Source of the DNA: Octopus vulgaris
Taxonomy: Eukaryota
DNA: 64,000 nucleotides
Assembly (NCBI GenBank): GCA_951406725.2
Contig: OX597814.1
Span: 65,534,001-65,598,000 of the forward strand
Reading direction: 5' to 3'
The notes beneath the pieces are model-generated. The model was not told the origin of the DNA. It ran no database searches and saw nothing but the letters and a program-made list of their open reading frames with translations. This document shows positions 14,223 to 27,350 of this stretch, piece after piece (within the stretch, counting starts at the first letter, position 1; every line of letters starts with the position of its first letter). The translations under genes and the position numbers were made by a program.

Positions 14223-14961
14223 TAGACAAGATGCTTTATATATGTATATATATAAAGCATCTTGTCTGTCTCCACGCTATCGTTTAAGAGCTAGTTTTGC
14301 ATTTCCTTGACTTCCTTTGTTTCCACATTGCTTGAATCTTGACTTGCACTCGAAGGCCAGTTGGTGTAAAATACCGAAACATCAAATATACTAATAAATC
14401 TTTATCCAACGCGATTGCCTGTCTTTATCTTAAATGTTTCAAGCCATTACCTCATATCTTTTCACAGGAAAAAAGATTGTTGTCAATGTGTCCTTCTTCC
14501 AAATACATTTGCATTCACCTGGAAATACTTACACATACACATACAAACTACACTGTAAGTATGGATGTGCGTACGTATGCATTTATGTCTTCGTTATCTG
14601 GCTTGGTTTCCAGAACGACGTTTCAAAAGAGGCTGTTCGAAGTTGTCTGCGAGGACGCTCGGCGCTGAGGAAGTCAATGCGGGACATACAGATATGAATG
14701 CAGAGGCTTCAGTTAAAGCTCTCCTCAGTATGTATGTATGTACGTATGTATGTATGTATGTATGCATGTATGTATGTATGTATGTATGTATGTATGTATG
14801 TATGTATGTATGTATGTATGTATGCATGCATGCATTTATGCATGTATGGCTTTCGGTTGAAAAATTGATAACAACCGAAGCCGCAATTATTATATACATA
14901 CATACATACATACATGCATACATACATAATACATACACACACACACACACACACACATACA

Positions 14962-15014
<53 letters not shown>

Positions 15015-15017
<3 letters not shown>

Positions 15018-15927
15018 ACAGTGTACATTTAAGCACAACACATTAAAAGGTATCCATCATAGGACCCCCTTACTCTAGAAGAAACAGCTAAAGTTCAAAC
15101 CACTAATTAGGGATAAAATCTCGAAGGGAATGAAAAATAAAAACATTTACCATCTATTTCCTGGACCATGGTCTCAGATTTTTTTTTAGCAAATATAATA
15201 ATTTGCCAGGCGACGTCTTCGCCAACAGGTACGCCAAGATTAAACATATAAGTACGAGGAGAATCCAGCATGTTACTCTTGCTTATACATTCTAATTTTT
15301 CAAATCCACCGTGCAAGCACTGTTTTTTGTCGGCAGCAAATAAATGCCGGCAGTTTCTTCGAACGATTTTCCAGAAATCTTTATACATAATTAATAATAT
15401 CAGGGTAATAAAGATTTTAGAAATTTTTACTACCAGTGGTCTAGCGTATAGAAAAATTAGTCAATAGACTATATATCATTCATATAAAACAAAAACAATT
15501 GTTGTGCTAAGTACAGCTTCTATCCACACTCCGTCTTTCGTATCAATCATTTAGAATACATCCATATAGACTATATATTTTTCATATAAAATACAGTGTA
15601 CATTTTTTTTCTGCTGCCGACAAAAAACTGCGCTTGCGCGGTGGATTTAAACAATTAAAATATATAAGCAAGAGTAACATGCTGGACACGCCTCGTACTT
15701 TATATGTTTAATCTTGGCGTACCTGTTCACGAAGACTTCGAATGGCAAATTATTTTATTTACTAAACAAAAGTCTGAAACCATAGTCCAGGAAATAGATG
15801 GTAAATGTTTTTATTTTTCATTCCCTTCGAGATTTTATCCCTAATTAGTGGTTTGGACTTTAGCTATTCCTTCTAGCGTAAGGGAGTCCTATGATGGATA
15901 CCTCTTAATGTGTTTAAATGTACACTG

Positions 15928-15931
<4 letters not shown>
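15015..15931. mobile_element. Non-coding fold-back element with ~330-bp inverted arms, inserted in (TA)n
   Basis: 15015-15346 is the reverse complement of 15601-15931 with scattered substitutions. (TA)n on both sides. Confidence 0.85.
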
Positions 15932-15978
<47 letters not shown>

Positions 15979-15985
<7 letters not shown>

Positions 15986-16276
15986 GACTAACAGTAGAGG
16001 TGCAGATGTCAATGCATTACGGCCGTTGCTTGTTAAAAACTCCTTTAATTGATTAATGAATAAATTACATCATTATAAAAAAGGCTTTTTCGTCAGATGA
16101 ATTCAAATATGAATTCAGATGAACTTCAAATAAAGACATTCAATAATATTTAACATATTTTAACATCCACCGAACAAATATTTTCAGTGATTCTGCTACT
16201 ATATCAGTTGACAAAATGGATTTATCAGATTAGTGTAAAGGATTGACACCTGTATCTCTACTGTTTCTCATTTATA
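15979..16276. repeat. Short inverted repeat pair (~35 bp) abutting (TA)n
   Basis: tataaatgactaacagtagaggtgcagatgtcaat (15979-16013) versus the reverse complement of 16242-16276 (tataaatgagaaacagtagagatacaggtgtcaat). Confidence 0.6.
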
Positions 16277-16454
16277 TTTTATCCACTTTTCTCAGAATTG
16301 CCCTTCATAAACATTAAGGACTGCGTATTTATATAATGTACATGTCTGAATAAATAGCTCAAGAGTGGATTTCTTTACTCAGCTGGATCGGATAGTCTAC
16401 ATATACTGCATGAATATCATTTGACAGGTACTATATATTATATATATATAAATA

Positions 16455-16590
<136 letters not shown>

Positions 16591-17089
16591 CTTATATATA
16601 TATGTATGTATGTTTGTATTTATCTATATGTATATGAGGAGTGACAAAATTTGTAAATGGGGCAAAATGAGTAAGGGCTGATTTCCATAATTTCTTCTTT
16701 TTGATTGCATGATGCAAAAACAAATGATGATGAGCGCCATCCTAGAAGATCATAAAGAAGGTATTAAGAACATTTTATGTTGCCATTTCAGATTCAGTCG
16801 TGTTTCATGAATTTCATATCAAGCGTCATTTTGCTATGATCCTATTCCAATTTGGACCAGATAGTTTGTTTTTTTTTGTACTTTTTTGAATTTCTGATCT
16901 TTCTGATGTCTAAGGTTGTATATTGATGTGTATGAATCTTTTTTCAAATGTAATTTCGGAGAATTGAAGAGGCAAATTTATCTTAATTTATCTTACTCAT
17001 TTTGCACCGGCTAAAATTATTATGTATATGCTCAAAGAGGGAGATAATTTTCTGAAGCTGTTGTTCCAGTTGTTGGCCCATTTGGATTA

Positions 17090-18006
17090 TAAGGTACTTT
17101 TATTCTGCTACCCTCGTCTGCACCTCATGTTGGGCTGTTGGTTCATCCGATATTGCGGAGAGGAGGATTCTAGTTCCTTTTTGAAGACATCTACATCCAC
17201 CTCATGCAGATTTCTTAAGTTTGCTAGCAAGTTGATGTTACCTTTGTTACAATATAATGGTGACCAGTTTTGGCATTTGTATATTACTCAGCGTCAAAAT
17301 TAGGTACTAGCCCTTCTAGTATTTTCCTTGTGTAGATTATTGCAAATCTCTCAAACCTTCACTCCAGGAAGTAAAGCTGCAGTTTTCTTAGCCTATCCCT
17401 GTAGCTCATCCATTGCACGGTTTCAATCTTTTTAGTGTAGTGGCTTAGAACTGCTTCAAGCTTCGCTATGTGGTGACCTTGCCTGGGGGCACTAGTCCAG
17501 GCGGCTGAGAACAAAGATTCTCCACAGTGTCAACATAGTTTTTGATCTCTTGCCTTGAAAGACCTCAGTACCCATCCTGCCAGTTGTCTACACTTTGTGC
17601 ATCTTGATAGCGTGCTTATAGGATGATACGTCATTGCACATACTGATCCCCAAGTCTTTTACTGACTGTGACTCTGGGATTGTAGTGCCTTCGTGTCCTA
17701 TATATGTAGTCTGTAGTGCATTCGTGAGTTGATAGTGCAGTGCTTGAAATTTTCCCGCATTAAACTGCATGCTGTTTATTTCGGTCCATTTGTATATCGA
17801 ATTCATATCCCGTTGTAAGCTTGCGACGTCATCTTGTTTTTTGTTTTTTATTACCTGTGATAATTTTGTATCATGGGCATAGCTAGGGAGGGCGGCTGTC
17901 CGTGTGAACGTGGGGGTGGCTAAGAGAGCTATTACGAAGAGAAATGGCTCCAGAACAGTTCCCTGGGGGATGCCACTTAGGATATCAGTTTCCTCAGAAA
18001 GAGCAC
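17090..18006 (-). mobile_element. 5'-truncated CR1-clade LINE, reverse transcriptase C-terminal fragment
   Basis: ORF 17588-18136 contains SGIPQGTVLEPFLF, YAHDTKL (YADD motif mutated), LQRDMNSIYKW..N.MQFNAGKF and VKDLGI. KILEGLVPN follows near 17300-17328. Confidence 0.85.
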
Positions 18007-18715
18007 TATATATATATATATATATATATACATTCATCCTTACATACATGTGTATATTGTGTAGCTGAGTGGAGAATAATATCATTTCGTATGATGAACC
18101 CTGCCGTTGATTTATGGTTCCCGAACATATTAGCATTGAGTTAGCTATGTTCGACTATAACCAAAATATGCATTAAAGAAATGGTCGTGGAGACATCTGT
18201 ACTTGCTTTTGTATCAAAATTCGACAGTGAGCTTAAATTTCTGATCGATTTTTCTTTTGGATTTTCTAGTATTCCATGTGTCTTTTAGTTCAATAACGAA
18301 GATACATTCTATCAAGTGTGCAGGATTGTATTCAATATTTCAATTTTTCAGTTCGTTTTAATGTCGAAATTTTTGCTCTTCTATAGGTCTCCTCAAGTGT
18401 CGTCCAGTTGCACGTTTAAAATACTCTGAAACATAAAAATGGTCGAAATCTTCAAGTTATATTTCTTCGTACGTAAGTACACTGAGGTTTATTTCTGTCT
18501 GCTTAGGATGCGGCCATGTTAAATCTTCCAGTGGTATATATCTGATAGTGACTACCACGACTGTTCCATGTCTTTGCTTTTACAACCGCAATCCATGTTA
18601 TTTCGATGTTCCTTTTACAGGTGTAGTCTCGGAACAAAATACATTCTGAAAGAGGAGTGGAATTACTCGAATTTGTTTGTCCTATAAGTACAAAGTGCAT
18701 ATGTTATCTAAACCA

Positions 18716-18844
18716 GGCTTCCCTAGCCACTGGTCCGTGTGTGAATCATTTTCTACTGGGCATTACACAAAGAATAACATTTAAAATTTTATTTAAATTT
18801 TATTGAATGCAGTGTGCTTTTGCATATTTTATGTATTACAAATG

Positions 18845-18898
<54 letters not shown>

Positions 18899-19030
18899 TA
18901 TATATGTAATAATTAAATTATATATCATGCACTTTATTGTGCTTTGTTATGCGTGTGATCCTCTAGTCTGTGGATAAATTCTCTTGCATTTAACCGGCCT
19001 CTGCTTCTAAAACGCGTTGGGATTTTTGAT
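18716..19030. mobile_element. Degenerate hAT (Charlie-like) non-autonomous element
   Basis: Ends resemble Charlie/MER1-type termini (caggcttccctagccactggtccgtg ... tctgtggataaattctcttgc...aaccggcc...gttggga). Heavily decayed, no clear TSD. Confidence 0.35.
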
Positions 19031-19181
19031 CAAAAAGATATTCTCACATACCTCTAGCTTTTGCGCCATATGTCAAGTCTATATCTGCTTATACTACGTA
19101 TACTATTGTATAATGTCCGAAAACAATGACAAGTCTTTTTCGAAAACAGCTGTGAAGGAAACTAGAAACAAAATGTTCAAT

Positions 19182-19270
<89 letters not shown>

Positions 19271-19797
19271 CGTGTGCAACAGGAATTATGGATAACCATT
19301 TTTTTTTACTCTTCAGAAATAGACATGCATCATAATAGCAGTCACAACGAGCCACGATGCCACCGCTTACCGCCAATTGTCCTTCATGAAATACGAGATA
19401 ATACACCATCAAATCAAACCTTACTATGTTTAAAGGAAGTAGAATTTGGAAAGAGTAGAAGTAGAAATACTACGTCTGTAGACAAAGAAGAAACAGATTG
19501 TCTCTGGCAGGAAATCATGTGGTCCTGTGTCAGATCAATTTAAATTCTACAACAATCATATTGTCGATAACAATAAACACATAACATTGATCTTTAGTTT
19601 CTGGTCCCGCCTCTATCAATCTGATATTGTTTCTGTCTCTATGAACGATTTGGGTTCGTAAATAATATAAACGGTGCAGAGGTAACTTTTTATAAATTGT
19701 TCTTGTCGTTTGCTGAAAACCATTACCGAAGATATCCTGCATTTGTTTGAAAATGAAAACACGCACATATAAATACATATCTACAGTCATATATATA

Positions 19798-19844
<47 letters not shown>

Positions 19845-20238
19845 CCTTATCCCACTTCTCTCTCCCCATAGCTCTCGCAATATATACACACACGCGCGCG
19901 CGAACACACACGTACACACACAAACACACACACACACACACACACACAGACACATACATATAAAACTAACTTGGCAAAGGATGCATGGTATTCGATCGTA
20001 TAAAAATATCAATAATATATAAATATATGCATATATACATACATATATGTACATAGCTACATATATATATGTATATATATAGGTAGAGGACATCAAATAA
20101 ACGTTGAAACCAAGAACATAAAACAAAGAAACGAACTTTTTTACAAACAACGAAAAAAGAACCATACAACACAAGGACCTTGTTTTCGTTTCTCATTGTA
20201 ATCAACATTTTTTTTGATGTCCTGTATCCACATATGCA

Positions 20239-20279
<41 letters not shown>

Positions 20280-20290
20280 TATATAGAAGG

Positions 20291-20341
20291 AGCTTCTACA
20301 GGACTAGAACTGTTTCATTCAAGAGAAATCTTCAGGAAGCT
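20291..20341 (-). ncRNA. Type I hammerhead ribozyme motif (left arm copy)
   Basis: Exact reverse complement of 22152-22202. Confidence 0.65.
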
Positions 20342-22151
20342 AGTTAACAAGAATTGTATTGGCATTTATACATTTAGGCAGGTTTAAAGGGGTGTTGGTG
20401 GGGGACTTTTGGGGGTAGGCATAGCGCAAAATATCATACTTGGGGGAGTGGTCAAGGAGTCAGTGTTAAATTAGATAGAAGAATAAATAAAAAAATTAAA
20501 AAATATATATATAAAAAAAAGGGAATAGAGTTTTAGGTAAATAAGGAGATTCTCACTTATACCTATGCACATATGTATACATATATACACACACATACAA
20601 ACATATATACACATACATACACACATACATACACACACATATATACATATATATACACTTACACATACATATACATATCTACACATACACATATATGTAT
20701 ACATACACACACTCACATGCATACACGTATACACACATGTATATATACACACACGACCACACATACATATACACACAGAAAAATATATATACACATACAC
20801 ACACATACTCACATACACGCATACACACACATATCCACACACACACATGCACACACAGCACACTAGTCCCTATATACACATATATACACATACACACATA
20901 TATACACACACATACATATACATACATATATATATATATATATCTACATATGTGTACCTATGCATACCTACACATACACACATATATATACACATACAAA
21001 TACAGACCCATTCCCTAATTTTAATTTTATTATCTTCATTTATTACTTTTGTTATCTTTGACCGCTGGTCACAAACATCTTGTATATGTATTGGTATATT
21101 GATATACATGTATGTATTTGTATGTAGGTGTATATGTATGTGTGTGTATTTATATTTATTGGTGTATATGTATAGACTAGCCTTCTAAGAGTGTAGACAG
21201 GAATCTGTAGGTACGCGTACGTATGTGTATATACGTGAATGTATGTAGATGTATGTATGTATGAATATAACGCGTGCGTGCGTGTATGTGTATGAGTGTA
21301 CGAATGAGTGAGTGTACGTGCTAAAGAGTGTGCGTGAGTGAATGAGTGCTTGTTTTCCAGTAGACAGATAAATGGACTGGCTGTCATAGCCAAGATGTTT
21401 GTGACCAGCGGTCAAAGATAACAAAAGTAATAAATGAAGATAATAAAATTAAAATTAGGGAATGGGTCTGTATTTGTATGTGTATATATATGTGTGTATG
21501 TGTAGGTATGCATAGGTACACATATGTATATATATATATATATATATGTATGTATATGTATGTGTGTGTATATATGTGTGTATGTGTATATATATGTATA
21601 TAGGGACTAGTGTGCTGTGTGTGCATGTGTGTGTGTGGATATGTGTGTGTATGCGTGTATGTGAGTATGTGTGTGTATGTGTATATATATTTTTCTGTGT
21701 GTATATGTATGTGTGGTCGTGTGTGTATATATACATGTGTGTATACGTGTATGCATGTGAGTGTGTGTATGTATACATATATGTGTATGTGTAGATATGT
21801 ATATGTATGTGTAAGTGTATATATATGTATATATGTGTGTGTGTATGTATGTGTGTATGTATATGTATATATGTTTGTATGTGTGTGTATATATGTATAC
21901 ATATGTGCATAGGTATAAGTGAGAATCCCCTTATTTACCTAAAACTCTATTCCCTTTTTTATATATATATTTTTTTATTATTTTATTATTTTATTATTTT
22001 TTTACTTATTCTTCTATCTAATTTAACACTGACTCCTTGACCACTCCCCCAAGTATGATATTTTGCGCTATGCCTACCCCCAAAAAGTCCCCCACCAACA
22101 CCCCTTTAAACCTGCCTAAATGTATAAATGCCAATACAATTCTTGTTAACT

Positions 22152-22202
22152 AGCTTCCTGAAGATTTCTCTTGAATGAAACAGTTCTAGTCCTGTAGAAG
22201 CT
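22152..22202 (+). ncRNA. Type I hammerhead ribozyme motif (right arm copy)
   Basis: AGCUUC-CUGAAGA-u-UUC-ucuu-GAA-u-GAA-ACAG-uucuaguc-CUGU-A-GAAGCU. 6-bp stem I, intact core, 3-bp stem II with a U-U closing mismatch, 4-bp stem III, GUA cleavage triplet. Confidence 0.65.
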
Positions 22203-22285
22203 CCTTCTATATAATAAATTAATTTTACTCTGCTATGTATTGAGTACCTTATTTACTGTGGTTAACCCCGAATCAACCCGGGACC

Positions 22286-22335
<50 letters not shown>

Positions 22336-23686
22336 GGTATGTACATATATGTATGTATGTATATATGCATATATTTATATATTATTTATATTTTATTATA
22401 TATATATATATACATACATCCACACATACACGCACGATAGCTTTCGCATGTTTCTGTGTACCAAATTGAGTCAGTACTCAGAAGGAATTGTTCCTCCAGG
22501 GTTAAACTTGTACACAGTAACACGCAGTTGGACTGAATCTGAAACCACGAGATGGTGGAGGAAATACTGAAATGCTTGCGCCTATTAAATGCATGGGACG
22601 TTTCACGCTTATGAATATCATCCTCGATTATTCTGTCATGCATCATAGTTGAGGTATGTATAAAATAAAGTATGAGCCATTGTTTATAATATATTTAGTA
22701 ATACCATCTTTCGTATGAGTGTTACGTGTAAAGTATACATTTCTCTGAATAACTGACACTGACTTTCATTATGTAATTTACGTTATATAACTAATAATCC
22801 TATTTTGTGAAATGTACGTAAGATAGAGTAACTAAATATTCTATCAACAATCACATATCTTGTTTCAATTTTTGTGTGTACTCTACGATATATCTAAACT
22901 TTGGATAAATACCAAAATAATACGACGGTAATAATATCGAAGAGAAAACATGCACGTGGCTAAATATTTTTGGCTCCACATGTTACATACACTCACACAC
23001 TCACTTAATCATTCACTCGCACACTCACTCACTCACTTAAGTAAATGATTACTTACTCACTCACGTATTCACTCACCTATATACATAAACATACATATGT
23101 ATATTTATACATAAAAAAACCAAAAAGAAACAATTCTAATTAATAAAAGACACCATAAAGATATTCTTGACATATTTCGTGAAAAATCCAACGTTTCGGA
23201 CAGTATCTTACTTCAAGGAAAACTTGAAAAGAGAGAAAATAATGAAAGACAGGAAAGTTTTATATCCCTTACGTTAAAAAAACTGGCTGCAACAGATAAG
23301 CAAAGTAGGACTAGGTTACCTTCATACGTTAACAGAAAGTGGTGGAAGAAACAAGGTGAGAAATAAGAAGGGAAAGAGAAATAGAAAGAGGAGAGGCAGA
23401 CTAAGTTGAGACTTAAATGAATTGGGTGGAGAGTAGAAACACAAGGGCTTAATGAACTATGAGCATGTGTGTGAAAAAAAACGCTCGCTCAAATTCTATT
23501 ATCTCTAATTAATCTTTTCAACTTTTCTTTGTAGGACATTGTCAAAAAATGTTGGATTTTCCACTCTTCACAGCAAGTCCACTGTATATTTCTTTTATCG
23601 ATTTTAGTACATAATTTGCAGCCAAACACCAGCCTCTTTGAAGTCTTACTGATCATACTTACATACATATTTATACATAGATACAC

Positions 23687-23756
<70 letters not shown>

Positions 23757-23892
23757 ATAAATAGGCAGATAAAAAGAGAGACAGATAGAAAGAGTGACAG
23801 AAAAAAGACAGACAGGCATACAGAGAGACAGGCTGATAGATAGATAGATACATACATACATACATAGACCGACAGATAGATAGATACACGTA

Positions 23893-23955
<63 letters not shown>

Positions 23956-24542
23956 GTATATAGATACATACTTGCACATACACCTATATACATTAACATG
24001 TATAAGTTTGCGTGAGGGTGTACATTATTCTAAAAACAACTTCAATGTACATTAATCTCTTATTTATTTTCCATTTTCCATAAATGCATGATTTGAAGTT
24101 TGTTTGAACAGATAATATATATAAATTCATCTCAACATCTTATTCTTAGTATCACGGGCTGAACTTCTGAATTGTTGTCACTTTATAGTTAGCAAATGCA
24201 ATGGGACTGGTGTTTGATATTACAGCCGGAACATAAATGTTTGAGCGTTATGTTTTACTACGAATTATTCATTTTCCATACGATGTAATTTTTACTTGTT
24301 GGTAAGTAGTATGTTGTGATCCGGCGAGAATGTGCAATATATGTATGAGTAATATAAAGATTTCGTCCACAAGATACGACGTAGAAATTGTAGAAACAAA
24401 GAAGGCGAGGTAGGAATTTTACTGTTTCAAATAGTCTGCAAATAACTCATACAAAAATATGAAAACTTCCTACAAATAATGAAAACACCATAACACAGTT
24501 GTGCTTTTAATACAACTTGTTTACAACATGAACAAATGTATG

Positions 24543-24600
<58 letters not shown>

Positions 24601-25587
24601 ATTATATATATATATATATGTATGCATGTATATATATATATGTGTGTGTGTATGTCTTTGTGTGAGTATTTATGTATACGTATGTATACGTGTATACACA
24701 TATATATACGCACATTACTTATACATATATATATATATACACATACATATATAAAACATACACATACATACATACACACACACACACTCACGCACACACA
24801 CACACTCACATATATATATGTAACAAGGAATTCTCTTTTAATACTGCGCATAGAAATTTATAACGAAGATTTAAGAAGAAAAATTTGTGAATTGCCAAAA
24901 GAAAAGTATTCTTGAACAGTCACTTCATTGGAAACTGGAACCGGAACATTGGAAACCAAGACCTTGTATTATATAGCACATCCCTATATTGTTTTTTCTC
25001 TTCACCTGTATTCACTGTCAATGTGTTTGATATCTATGTTGAGGTTATGATAATCTATGTGAATATATGACAAGAATTATCTTTCAATATACGTATGTAA
25101 CATTAGTATGCATACATACGTATATCAACCATGCGTAGGTATGCGTGTGTATTCGTGTGTGTATGTGTGTGCCAACGTGTATGTTTGTATGTGTGTTACC
25201 GTGTGTGTGGCTGTCTGTGTGTATATGCATCTATATACAAAAAGTATTATGTTGCTGTTGAAATCTATGAATGTTTACATTGGTGTTATTTGCTGGCTCC
25301 TTCTCAGTTTTGCCTCTTTCCGATAGATTTATACATATTTATAATTACATGAATATAAGTCTGTGAGGAGTACATACAACCACGTTCTTTGTAAATGACA
25401 TTAAATATGTGTCAGAAAAAATAAGTTTGTGCATATTTATATCTGTATACACTTCTATATACACAAACACACAAACATATGTGCGCATGCATATATATAT
25501 ATATATATATATATATGCATATGTATATGTACACACAAATATAGTTAGATAGATAGACAGCCAGCCAGACAGATAGTCAGATAGATC

Positions 25588-25654
<67 letters not shown>

Positions 25655-26004
25655 CGATAGATATATGCTTAAGTATGTATGTGGGCTTAATTGCGGACGT
25701 GCATATATGTGTGAAGTTACTTATAGATCTATAGGAGAGAGCTAGTGCCACAGAGGGAGAAAGACAAAGGGCAGAGAGAGAAGGAGATAGAGCGAGGGAG
25801 AAGGAGAGGTAGAGACTGAGAGACCTGGACAAGGAATAACAGAAGGGCAGTTACACTCCTAAGCATTTAGATATAACCTTTATATTGATATATTACAGAG
25901 AGATTATTTCAATTGTTGGACTGAAATGTGTTTGATTAGTAGGAGCTAGAATCTTACATTTTCATGTATGAGTTGGTGTGTTTGCACTAGCAGGTCTATT
26001 CATG

Positions 26005-26074
<70 letters not shown>

Positions 26075-26181
26075 CTATATAGAGAAAATATACATATATA
26101 CAACACACGCACACGCATGCATACACTACACATGCACACACGCACACACACAAACACACACACATGTTATATATGTGTGAA

Positions 26182-26217
<36 letters not shown>

Positions 26218-26219
26218 CA

Positions 26220-26291
<72 letters not shown>

Positions 26292-26415
26292 ATGAATACA
26301 TATATACATATAAATGTATATATATATGTATTATGAATGAAAGCTGGTCTGAGATATACAGGAGTACAGATTTAATGACTGCGGAATGGTTAAAAGAAGT
26401 AGTACTGTGCAATGA

Positions 26416-26421
26416 TTTATT
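26416..26421 (-). promoter_or_regulatory. Candidate polyadenylation signal (AATAAA) for Lhx2/9
   Basis: AATAAA on the minus strand about 515 nt after the stop codon. The AT-rich context makes a chance match likely. Confidence 0.25.
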
Positions 26422-26934
26422 AAATGAAATAATATCCCGAAAGGTAGCAAATGGAAAAATCATAATCTATTATGGTTGATGTAAATAAATAAAAGTTGTA
26501 GAAAAGTAAATGTAAGGAAAGGAAAAATGTTTGAAGAAATATGAAGCATAATGTTGTTGGAAAATAAGCAAACGCAGGAGATGTATTTCAAACTGAAAGA
26601 GGAAATGATAGAATATATGTATGAATGAAACAGAAAGTAATATTGAAAATGTCGATAAAAGACTAAGTAGCCGAAAAATGAAGACAAAGAAAGATCATGG
26701 TCTTTGTAAAGAATAAATTATATAATTTAAACGAAAAGCAAAATTGAAGGAATAAATGTTTCAATGAATGAATTGCTCATTGAATAAATGATTTCATGAG
26801 TGAATGAATACACACACACACATACACACGGACATAGAAACTTTAACTAAAAAAACAATGGAATTTGAGCGAAACACAACAAAAATTCAAGTGAATATTT
26901 TAGGCAAATATTTGCTTCTATTATATAATATAGA

Positions 26935-27279
26935 TCAACATGTAATTGGAGGTATGGTGTTGGTAAATAGTTCGGCCAGACTGCTGCCACCCGATGCATC
27001 TGGGTCGGATAGCGAACTAGTACCTTGGTGATGGAGATCGGAAAGTGAAGGAGTGGAGCTAAGGTCAGATAGGGCCGGCGATTTATTACAATGGATGCCA
27101 CCACCGACTCCTAGTTCTACGCTAGCTCTCGACTGAGTGTCACAGATCTGCTCCATGACCGCCGCCTGATGGCGCTGTAGTTGTTGCTGTTGTTGTTGTT
27201 GTTGTGGTGGTGGTATTTGTTTCTCTTCTTGCTTCAAAATGTTTCTTCGATACTTGGCTCGTGCGTTCTGGAACCAGAC
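26935..27279 (-). CDS. Lhx2/9: Terminal coding exon of a LIM-homeobox Lhx2/9 (apterous-type) transcription factor: end of homeodomain helix 3 plus C-terminal tail
   Basis: Polypyrimidine tract and CAG acceptor at 27280-27292, then in frame VWFQNARAKYRRNILKQE...SPALSDLSSTPSLSDL...stop at 26935. This matches vertebrate Lhx2/9 VWFQNARAKFRRNLLRQE. The phase-0 intron before VWFQN is a common homeobox intron position. Confidence 0.9.
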   Translation of the reverse strand, partial: VWFQNARAKYRRNILKQEEKQIPPPQQQQQQQQLQRHQAAVMEQICDTQSRASVELGVGGGIHCNKSPALSDLSSTPSLSDLHHQGTSSLSDPDASGGSSLAELFTNTIPPITC

Positions 27280-27350
27280 CTGAAAAAAAAAGACAGAAAG
27301 TAAATGATATGTAAGTTTCAGGAGATAAATATGAAAACATCATTCTCGCG

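Larger units (their letters stand above)
20274..22288. mobile_element. Large non-coding fold-back element (~810-830-bp arms, ~308-bp spacer), Penelope/retrozyme-like, inserted in (TA)n
   Basis: 20274-21082 is a near-identical reverse complement of 21391-22219. The right copy continues ~70 bp further to 22288. (TA)n on both sides and a hammerhead motif in each arm. Confidence 0.85.
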
